DNA of 41,188 bases from the IMG/VR virus record IMGVR_UViG_3300011434_000012, positions 1-41,188 of that record. One strand, given 5' to 3'. The DNA is from a virus. Lineage: Duplodnaviria; Caudoviricetes. Every line of letters starts with the position of its first letter. The stretch's first letter is position 1. The notes under the pieces are model-generated. The model did no database searches. It saw only the letters and a program-made list of their open reading frames with translations, and had not been told where the DNA came from. The position numbers and the translations under genes are program-made. Below, one piece after another: positions 34,786-41,188 of this stretch.

Positions 34786-36188
34786 ACTGCCACCCACGCC
34801 GGTAACGGCGCGGTCCTCTGGGGTTGATATGATTCGATCGATAGGCCGCCATTTACGGCGCGCTGCATCGCAGCGCGCATCTCCGCCTTCATGGCTATGT
34901 GGTCGCTGGCCTTGCGTTGCTGAACCGCGCGTATGGCGCGCTCTGTGTCAGCGCCAATGCAGTGGACATGGACAGGGTCTCTGCGTCCGAATCGCCACGA
35001 ACGCCGAATGCATTGGTAAAGCTGCTCGTAGCTGAACGATGCGCTTGGAAACGCTTGCCGGCCGACGTGCTGGAGGTTCAATCCGAACCCTGCGATTCTG
35101 GCCTTTGTGACTAGGCGCTTGAACTCACCCCTGGCGAAAGCGCCTAGTCGTTCTTCCTTCTTCTCGATTGCGTGTGAGCCGCGCACCTCCACCGCATCAT
35201 GGACGCGAGCACAAATCGCATCAGCCTCTTGGTCAGTCTCAACCCAGATGAGCCAATTCTCGCCTGGCTCTGCCAAAATAACATCAGCTGTTTCATCCAT
35301 CCGCTGGTCCAGCGTCAGCCGCTTCTCGCGGTGGATCGACGTGGCCGAGTTCTGTGGTACCCGAAATAGGACGGCTTGGCCGTCGCGATCGATCGTGGTC
35401 TCTTGCGTGATGTCTGCACGGACGGTGTGATCGATGATGCGCAGTTCGGGCAGTTCGTAGCCGTCATCGCTGTAACCGAGGTCGGACGGCTTCTCAGCGC
35501 ATCTAGACCATGACGCGACCCAGGACCAGAAGTCGGCCGATGCATGTCCCTTGAGCCGCCAATTCTTCGTGTTCTCGCTGTCGTGGATAAACCAGCGCGT
35601 CATCATCTCCTCGCGATTCATGACGCCAAGGAATTCGGCCTGTTGTCCGATCTCCGTGTGGTCGTTTGGTGCGGGCGTAGCGGACGCGCAGAGACGGAAC
35701 GGTGTGGCGGAGAATTTGCGCCTTAGCTCGCGCGACGTGGCACCGGAGAAATTCTTGAGGATTGAGCTTTCATCCAAGACGATCGCCCCGAATTGCGAAA
35801 CGTCGAAGCGATCAAGCCGTTCGTAGTTCGTGATCGTGACCGGATACGTGGCCTTACCATCGCGATCTATGTGCCCGAACAGTCCGAACCTCTCGGCCTC
35901 GGCTGCGTGCTGGGCCGCAACCGCAAGCGGTGTGAGGATGAGCGTTGGCTTGCCCACGTGCGCGCTGACGGCGTGCGCCCAGGTCAGTTCTATCAGAGTC
36001 TTGCCAAGACCTGTATCGTAGAAGATGCCGGCACATCCAGCGCGGAGGGCAAACTCGACGGCGTGACGCTGGAGGGGTTTGAGGTAATCTGGCAAAGCGA
36101 TAGATGAGGTATCACTTAGGCCGCGCGGTTTGAAGCGCAGACGCTTCGCGGCAACGGTTTCGCGATATGATGATAGGTCAGCACTCAT
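34782..36188 (-). CDS. SNF2/SF2-family helicase
   Basis: DTGLGKT, LDESS, SATPAPN, GFGLNLQ, Q.IRRSWRFG. Confidence 0.92.
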   Translation of the reverse strand: MSADLSSYRETVAAKRLRFKPRGLSDTSSIALPDYLKPLQRHAVEFALRAGCAGIFYDTGLGKTLIELTWAHAVSAHVGKPTLILTPLAVAAQHAAEAERFGLFGHIDRDGKATYPVTITNYERLDRFDVSQFGAIVLDESSILKNFSGATSRELRRKFSATPFRLCASATPAPNDHTEIGQQAEFLGVMNREEMMTRWFIHDSENTKNWRLKGHASADFWSWVASWSRCAEKPSDLGYSDDGYELPELRIIDHTVRADITQETTIDRDGQAVLFRVPQNSATSIHREKRLTLDQRMDETADVILAEPGENWLIWVETDQEADAICARVHDAVEVRGSHAIEKKEERLGAFARGEFKRLVTKARIAGFGLNLQHVGRQAFPSASFSYEQLYQCIRRSWRFGRRDPVHVHCIGADTERAIRAVQQRKASDHIAMKAEMRAAMQRAVNGGLSIESYQPQRTAPLPAWVAV

Positions 36189-36198
36189 ACGGCGGCCC

Positions 36199-37299
36199 TC
36201 ACTTCACGCGCATCGGCATGACAACACGTAGCGCTGACGATGTTCCGGTAGGCGTGAGTTTGGCCGCCGTTTCCCCGTCAACCGCGTGCATCTCTATCAC
36301 CTCATCGCCGTCGAGCGCGTCAACGGCCCAACCGATCGTCCGCGAGCCAAAACAGATGGTCAGGTCTTTGCCCATGGTCCTCTCGCACGGGAGCGTGCAC
36401 TCGGCGGAGCTGATGTCTGGGGTCGAGGCATTCAGTGTGACTTCGCTCGCGCCGAGGCTGAACTTGATGCCGACCCCGTAGTCGCCGCCTCCGCCGACGA
36501 CTGCCATCTGCCGAATAGCGTGCGACAAGTCCAAACGCTTAATGCGCCATACGGACGGACACTCTTTCGGAACAACACGCTGCCAGTCGGGGAATTGCCC
36601 GTCGATATACTTGGTCCATAGTCGGACGTTCTTGGCTGAGAACGAGGCTGCGTTCGGCCCCGCCGTGATGGATACCTCGTCGCCGAGCGCAGCCAAGTCG
36701 CACACGGGCCGTATCGCTGCGGACGGCAGGATGAATCCGTCACGGTTGGCCCTCACCCATGTGGACTCCTCGCGGCCCAGTGTGGTGCCGTTCGTCGCGA
36801 CAAGCGAGCCATCGCGGGTGTCGAAATAGACGCCGCATAGGTAGTAGTGCACTTGTTCCTTACTCACCGTTCCGGTCAGGTCCCGCAGGCTGCGTATCAG
36901 ATCGCCAGACGGCGCGAACAGCGGCGCGCCCACGACCTCGTCGACCGCCGGATAGTCGTCAACCGGCAGTGTCGGCATCGCGTAGCGGGCGCGGTCCTGT
37001 TTGATGGTCAGCTCACCCGTGCCGTTCACGCTCATCGTGACGTTCACGCCCTTTTCAAGAGTGCTAGCGATGGCCTGGAGTCGCGAAACCGATGCAGTGC
37101 AGGAGCCCTTGGCATCGCACGGAATCGTGGACGTGACGGCTTGATCGAGATTTGTTGCGGCGACCGATAGCGAACTGCCGTCGCCTTTGAGGAGCGCGCA
37201 GTCTAGAATGGGGATGGTTGACTTTGCCCGCATGGACGCGGCTCGGCGTACGAGAGACGCGAAGTCGGCGGAGGATAGCTCTGCTGAGAAGATCAGCAT
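36199..37299 (-). CDS. dnaN: DNA polymerase III beta sliding clamp homolog
   Basis: TIPIL..., ATNLD, YYLCGVY, VATNG, IDGQFPDWQRVVP, C-terminal VVMPMRV; 366 aa. Confidence 0.92.
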   Translation of the reverse strand: MLIFSAELSSADFASLVRRAASMRAKSTIPILDCALLKGDGSSLSVAATNLDQAVTSTIPCDAKGSCTASVSRLQAIASTLEKGVNVTMSVNGTGELTIKQDRARYAMPTLPVDDYPAVDEVVGAPLFAPSGDLIRSLRDLTGTVSKEQVHYYLCGVYFDTRDGSLVATNGTTLGREESTWVRANRDGFILPSAAIRPVCDLAALGDEVSITAGPNAASFSAKNVRLWTKYIDGQFPDWQRVVPKECPSVWRIKRLDLSHAIRQMAVVGGGGDYGVGIKFSLGASEVTLNASTPDISSAECTLPCERTMGKDLTICFGSRTIGWAVDALDGDEVIEMHAVDGETAAKLTPTGTSSALRVVMPMRVK

Positions 37300-37310
37300 A
37301 CGGACAACTC

Positions 37311-37706
37311 CTAGGCTGTGACTGTGTTAGGTGGGGAAGATTGCGAAGCTATGTCGGAAGCGTCAGACGCTCGGATTATTTTCCACCCGAGGTCCGAACC
37401 GCGAGCGCCGATGATCTCCAGCCCGAGCGGGGACAGCTTTGGCCGCATACGGCTAATGTGCGACGCGATGGAATTGTTCAGTGTGAGCGGCGGGTCGTCT
37501 GGATGCCGGTACATTTGGTCGCAGAGCACCTCTGCGTTGCAGAACCGGCCGAAGCGGCGGGCAAGGACTTGAGCCAACTCGTACTCAAGTCGCGTGAGCG
37601 AATCGCTGACTTTGCCGTCGTACATGATGCAGCGCGAGTCGTCGTGGAGGATAAGGTCTTGCGGCTTAGGCAGCGGCTGTCCGCAGGCATGGCATGTGTG
37701 CGTCAT
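37311..37706 (-). CDS. CxxC plus OmpR/PhoB-type winged-helix protein (CtrA-like DNA-binding domain, no receiver)
   Basis: CHACGQ, then LTRLEYELAQVLA...LCDQMY...IASHISRMRPKL..LG.EI. Confidence 0.8.
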   Translation of the reverse strand: MTHTCHACGQPLPKPQDLILHDDSRCIMYDGKVSDSLTRLEYELAQVLARRFGRFCNAEVLCDQMYRHPDDPPLTLNNSIASHISRMRPKLSPLGLEIIGARGSDLGWKIIRASDASDIASQSSPPNTVTA

Positions 37707-38095
37707 TGCGCGACCGCCCGCAGGTAAAGCCCGCAATCGTCACGGAGAAAGCGCTGCACGTCGGCGACAGAGCGGCAGACTTGGACCGGGACGCGCGCGT
37801 CTTGAAGCGCGGCGTGACAGTCGCGCTGCGAATCCTGAAGCACGCCCTTGTTGGACTTCAGCTCGATGCAGTAGGCGCAGCCATCGTAGAGGACGATCAG
37901 ATCTGGAAAGCCCTTGCGAGCCCCCAGTTGGCGCATCCTCATGCCATGGAACAGTCCGCCGCCACCGAGCGGGAAGAAGGAAAAAAACGCCGTCGTCGGC
38001 AGCGCGTGGGAGAGGTATTCGAGGACGGCTTTCTGGAGAGTGGCTTCCGGACCTTGACGGCGCGGACGCTTTAGCTTTTTACGCAGCACTAGCAT
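37703..38095 (-). CDS. VRR-NUC endonuclease/resolvase
   Basis: EATLQ...GFPDL...IELK...Q PD-(D/E)xK motif. Confidence 0.88.
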   Translation of the reverse strand: MLVLRKKLKRPRRQGPEATLQKAVLEYLSHALPTTAFFSFFPLGGGGLFHGMRMRQLGARKGFPDLIVLYDGCAYCIELKSNKGVLQDSQRDCHAALQDARVPVQVCRSVADVQRFLRDDCGLYLRAVAQ

Positions 38096-38098
38096 GGC

Positions 38099-38113
38099 GT
38101 TCCCGTTTTGTTC
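38099..38113. promoter_or_regulatory. alphaproteobacterial SOS (LexA) box
   Basis: Perfect GTTC-CCGTTTT-GTTC, 3 nt upstream of the VRR-NUC ATG. Confidence 0.75.
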
Positions 38114-38150
38114 TACTAACAACCAACGCGCTAGAAATGGCGCGCGGCAT

Positions 38151-38354
38151 TCAATTTACGCGGCGGCACATCCCGTTGATGACTTGGGCGCTGTCGGCAT
38201 TGGATGCGCAGTGGATGATCGCGCGCCCAAACTGCTCCGCTAAACGTGGGGAAAAGATGATTCCCCAGTGGAACACTCCGTCCCCGTCAACGGTGCCAAC
38301 GTGGACCTTGCCGTCTATAAGTTTGACGACGGCCTCTTCTGGTTTGGCGCTCAT
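38151..38354 (-). CDS. hypothetical protein
   Basis: ATG 38354 overlaps the distal stop of the LexA-like frame. Confidence 0.6.
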   Translation of the reverse strand: MSAKPEEAVVKLIDGKVHVGTVDGDGVFHWGIIFSPRLAEQFGRAIIHCASNADSAQVINGMCRRVN

Positions 38355-38638
38355 GCGCGTCCCACCCTCTGGCTTTGAACGCCCCCGCACAGCGGGTAGA
38401 CACCATTGAGCGGGATAATGCCGTTGCGTCGATTGGCCAGCACCACGATGAATCACTTTTCCTCAAGCGCCATGACGAGCTGGAATGCAGAACCTACGGA
38501 CTTGAGTTTGAGTGCGTTGGCAATCTCGCGATACGACGGCGAACGCATGTGATGTGAGCGGAGGATGTGGATAGCGTCCAAGCACTCCTTCTGTCGTTTC
38601 GTGAGTGGGATTTTCGACGTAGGACAAAAAGATGACAT
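38351..38638 (-). pseudogene. LexA-type DNA-binding protein interrupted by an in-frame TGA at 38453-38455
   Basis: LTKRQKECLDAI...SPSYREIANALKLKS...ALEEK*FIVVLANR; the stop sits at the conserved Gly of LEE(K/R)GFI. Confidence 0.75.
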
Positions 38639-38708
38639 GTTTGTGCCTATCCTTGCGGTTCACGCGACTCGCCTCCATCTCACGGTCTGCCCAATTCACG
38701 GAGGACCG

Positions 38709-38972
38709 CTAATGCAAGCCGGTCAACATCACCATCGCGGTCGCGGACACCATCCACCCGATGCCGCAGATGCACAGCGCGATCACGAACTGCAAGAGGC
38801 GCTCGATTGCGCGGAAGTGGAGCGACGACGTGTTGTGGCCCAACAGTTTCCTATTGGCCTCGCTATCCCCGGTATGGGGAATGGGGTTGCGGCCAGACGC
38901 CGGAGGGTGAACGTCTGGCCGCAGGCTTGCCGCGCCGGGAGTAGAGGGGGCAGCGCGGCGAAGCCGGTTCAT
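38709..38972 (-). CDS. hypothetical protein with C-terminal TM
   Basis: ATGA coupling with the upstream mini-ORF. Confidence 0.4.
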   Translation of the reverse strand: MNRLRRAAPSTPGAASLRPDVHPPASGRNPIPHTGDSEANRKLLGHNTSSLHFRAIERLLQFVIALCICGIGWMVSATAMVMLTGLH

Positions 38973-39049
38973 TTTGTCACCATGTTGGCGAACGCTATCG
39001 TGATGGCCACGATGATGCAGAGGTGGATGAGGATGGTGAGCGTCAGCAT
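38969..39049 (-). CDS. 26-aa hydrophobic peptide
   Basis: MLTLTILIHLCIIVAITIAFANMVTK; overlaps the cro stop and the next ATG. Confidence 0.4.
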   Translation of the reverse strand: MLTLTILIHLCIIVAITIAFANMVTK

Positions 39050-39228
39050 GGTGTTGCACCATCGACAGGTTGGCTCCCGAGACCCTCCAAGAGCTTCGCC
39101 CCAAGGCGGCTAACTTCGCCGCTGGATTCCCATCTCGATACGGTCGCCTGGGTAACGCCAAGGCGCTCAGCAAGCTCGTTTTGGCTTATCCCGTGCATCT
39201 CGCGCAGCTTCCTGATGTCGAATTCCAT
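39043..39228 (-). CDS. cro: Cro-like HTH repressor
   Basis: IRKLREMHGISQNELAERLGVTQATVSRWE; divergent from cI. Confidence 0.9.
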   Translation of the reverse strand: MEFDIRKLREMHGISQNELAERLGVTQATVSRWESSGEVSRLGAKLLEGLGSQPVDGATPC

Positions 39229-39234
39229 GGCAGC

Positions 39235-39297
39235 ATCATACATGGCGTATGAGCCGTGTCAATACCATTTGTATGGAATAATCATGCAAATTGTATG
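39235..39297. promoter_or_regulatory. right operator region: three CATAC-N5-GTATG-type operators and PR
   Basis: Operators at 39237-39251, 39261-39275, 39283-39297; minus-strand TTGACA (39262-39257) and TATGAT (39240-39235). Confidence 0.8.
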
Positions 39298-39298
39298 T

Positions 39299-39907
39299 AT
39301 GTCTAAAGAGACCATCGGCGAGCGCTTAGAAAGGGTGCGCAAACTGCGTAAATACGGCTCGGCCGCCGACGCCGCGAGGGCAACAGGCATCCCCTTGGGA
39401 ACCTACAATTCATACGAAAATGGTCACAGGGAGCCGGGCCGCGAAAGAATTGTGCGATTGGCTAAATTCTTTAAGGTTTCTCCAAGCTGGCTATTAACCG
39501 GAAACGGCGAAGCCCCCGAGAAATTACAGGCTGAAGTCGTAGGCTATGTCGGACAGGGGGCAGAACTCATCCGGGTGTCCGACACCATGGGCTACGATGA
39601 TCTGAAGCTAGTTCCCCCGCCCCCGGGGGTAACAGAGCCTTGTGAGGCCGCAAGAATCCAAGGCGACGCCATGTACCCGTTCGAAGACGGGTGGCTCGTC
39701 TTCTGGGCAAAGGACCCTCAAGGCGTGCCGGGCGACTGCCTTGGTCGCCTTTGTGCTGTCAAGCTGACGGACGGGCGCACCCTCCTCAAGAAGCTCCACA
39801 GAGGCACCGTGGCTGGCCGTTACAGGCTGGATGGCATCAACACCCCGGCGATCGAAGACGCGAACGTGGAGTGGGCTACGCGCGTCCTAGGCATCACGAC
39901 CGGCTAG
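39299..39907 (+). CDS. cI: CI-like repressor (XRE HTH plus degenerate S24 domain)
   Basis: IGERL...YENGHREP...FFKVSPSWLLTG; C-terminal GDAMYP...LKKL. Confidence 0.92.
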   Translation: MSKETIGERLERVRKLRKYGSAADAARATGIPLGTYNSYENGHREPGRERIVRLAKFFKVSPSWLLTGNGEAPEKLQAEVVGYVGQGAELIRVSDTMGYDDLKLVPPPPGVTEPCEAARIQGDAMYPFEDGWLVFWAKDPQGVPGDCLGRLCAVKLTDGRTLLKKLHRGTVAGRYRLDGINTPAIEDANVEWATRVLGITTG

Positions 39908-39980
39908 GGCCGGTCTCAGCACCAAAAAACTGGCTGATTCGCAAGCGCCCGTGCGCTACGCACTGGCTGTCGCAAAAAAT

Positions 39981-40024
39981 CATACAAAACGTATTGACAG
40001 CCTACGGACCATACGGTATGTATG
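39981..40024 (+). promoter_or_regulatory. left operator/promoter (PL) with two operators
   Basis: CATAC-AAAAC-GTATT (39981-39995), CATAC-GGTAT-GTATG (40010-40024), TTGACA at 39994-39999. Confidence 0.75.
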
Positions 40025-40054
40025 GAACGAAACTGAATAACAGGGGAACGGGAC

Positions 40055-40252
40055 ATGGAGACGAAGCACATCGAGACGGCAAGCAACCTTGGAGAACTGA
40101 TCGACGCCCTTCAGCGGATCGCAGAGGCGGCAGACGGTACGGCGGACACGATCTACCTCGGAACGAGTGCGCCGACCTACACGTTCAGGCTGGTCGAGCG
40201 GAAGCTGACGGACGGCTCCAAGTTCGAAGACCTCATCATCTCGCACGACTAA
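40055..40252 (+). CDS. hypothetical protein, first gene after PL
   Basis: GGGG/GGGA RBS. Confidence 0.7.
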   Translation: METKHIETASNLGELIDALQRIAEAADGTADTIYLGTSAPTYTFRLVERKLTDGSKFEDLIISHD

Positions 40253-40283
40253 CCCATTCATCCCGGAACGAGAGGAAGAGAAG

Positions 40284-41188
40284 ATGGCAATGATTGCCTA
40301 CCACGGAAGTGAAGCGAAGAAGATCGCAATCCTCGGACAGCTTCGCGAGCACTATGACGCCGATGAAATCATCAAAGGCCAATACTGGGACGAGGGCAAA
40401 GGTTGCGCGGTCGGCTGCACCATTCACTCCGGCAATCACGCAGAATACGAGCCGCGCTTCGGTATCCCTCAAGCCCTCGCGAGACTTGAAGATACGATTT
40501 TTGAAAACCTCCCGAACGGCCACGCAAAAGAATGGCCGTTGCGGTTCATGGGCGCGATCAGGACTGGAGCCGATCTCTCGTGCGTGCAGTGGCAATTCCT
40601 GCACTGGCTGCTGACGGACAAAGAGGTCAACCCCGGCATCGATCATCCGCTCGTTCGCGACGCGGTGAAGCAGTGTGCTGACGTTCTCATGCCCCTGACC
40701 AAGGGCCTGCCGGTCGCCGAGAGCGCCGCGAGGAGCGCCGCGAGGAGCGCCGAGAGCGCCGCGAGGAGCGCCGCGTTGAGCGCCGAGAGCGCCGCGTGGA
40801 GCGCCGCGTTGAGCGCCGAGAGCGCCGAGGGCGCCGAGAGCGCCGCGTTGAGCGCCGGGAGCGCCGAGAGCGCCGCGAGGAGCGCCGAGAGCGCCGAGAG
40901 CGCCGAGAGCGCCGCGTGGAGCGCCGCGTGGAGCGCCGAGAGCGCCGCGTTGAGCGCCGAGAGCGCCGCGTGGAGCGCCGCGAGCGCCGCGAGGAGCGCC
41001 GCGTTGAGCGCCGAGAGCGCCGAGAGCGCCGCGTTGAGCGCCGGGAGCGCCGAGAGCGCCGCGAGGAGCGCCGAGAGCGCCGCGTTGAGCGCCGGGTGGA
41101 GCGCCGAGAGCGCCGCGTTGAGCGCCGAGAGCGCCGAGAGCGCCGCGTTGAGCGCCGAGAGCGCCGAGAGCGCCGCGAGGAGCGCCGA
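40284..41188 (+). CDS. N-terminal part of the SAE/SAAX repeat protein (globular Cys/His-containing domain, then repeat tract); continues at position 1
   Basis: GAGGA RBS; MAMIAYHGS...GQYWDEGKGCAVGCTIH...FGIP..LARLED.IFE.LP; no stop before the window end. Confidence 0.88.
   Translation, partial: MAMIAYHGSEAKKIAILGQLREHYDADEIIKGQYWDEGKGCAVGCTIHSGNHAEYEPRFGIPQALARLEDTIFENLPNGHAKEWPLRFMGAIRTGADLSCVQWQFLHWLLTDKEVNPGIDHPLVRDAVKQCADVLMPLTKGLPVAESAARSAARSAESAARSAALSAESAAWSAALSAESAEGAESAALSAGSAESAARSAESAESAESAAWSAAWSAESAALSAESAAWSAASAARSAALSAESAESAALSAGSAESAARSAESAALSAGWSAESAALSAESAESAALSAESAESAARSA
40716..41188 (+). repeat. coding minisatellite; 41099-41188 identical to 1-90
   Basis: Directly visible. 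Confidence 0.95.

Larger units (their letters stand above)
1..41188. mobile_element. Complete or near-complete temperate phage genome (P22-like podovirus morphogenesis), circular/excised form
   Basis: Full module set (cI/cro, replication, terminase, portal, capsid, ejection, lysis, int/xis, attP); positions 1-90 identical to 41099-41188; no host housekeeping flanks. Confidence 0.95.

Noticed and set aside
38453-38455. Genome-wide TGA recoding or selenocysteine
   Set aside because: Many well-defined genes end in TGA with ATGA coupling; the position corresponds to Gly, not Cys or Trp
40035-40049. Third SOS box GAAT-AACAGGG-GAAC after PL, and GTTC-GCTCATT-GTTT at 6103-6117
   Set aside because: One mismatch each; the first overlaps a purine-rich RBS and the second is as easily an integrase arm site, so both are too weak to call
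40716-41188. CRISPR-like array or true terminal repeats at the contig ends
   Set aside because: No unique spacers; the repeats are in-frame coding units, and the 90-nt end identity is best explained by assembly of a circle broken in the minisatellite
1-41188. CtrA boxes (TTAA-N7-TTAA) in phage promoters
   Set aside because: None found by eye in the intergenic regions examined; a PSSM scan is needed to exclude degenerate sites

Overview
The window is an essentially complete, circularly permuted ~41.1 kb temperate phage genome with a P22-like (podovirus-type) head and short tail. The host is most likely an alphaproteobacterium, judging from GcrA-, CtrA- and LexA-like genes and GTTC-N7-GTTC SOS boxes. 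The first 90 nt equal the last 90 nt, and the contig breaks inside a Ser-Ala-Glu/Ser-Ala-Ala-X minisatellite gene. The + strand carries cI and an early-left arm (HNH, ERF, DUF1367, xis, tyrosine integrase) ending at an attP that contains the 3' half of tRNA-Thr(GGT). The - strand runs from cro through replication (VRR-NUC, wHTH, DnaN, SNF2 helicase, DNA MTase, GcrA/DnaA-IV fusion, initiator), a Q-like regulator, terminase, portal, scaffold, capsid, virion and ejection genes, lysis, and a post-lysis metallophosphoesterase/GNAT/DUF6378 block. Most notable: (1) a glycosyltransferase-methyltransferase-radical SAM/SPASM trio directly behind the capsid gene, a candidate virion-modification system; (2) a rewired induction circuit, with a CI lacking both the catalytic Ser and the Ala-Gly cleavage site, near-identical host-type SOS boxes before the replication and lysis operons, and a phage LexA-like gene broken by one TGA; (3) isolated DNA-binding domains resembling alphaproteobacterial cell-cycle regulators; (4) a mini-RTX moron inserted antisense in the tail operon. 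All family assignments come from motif recognition by eye, not database searches.
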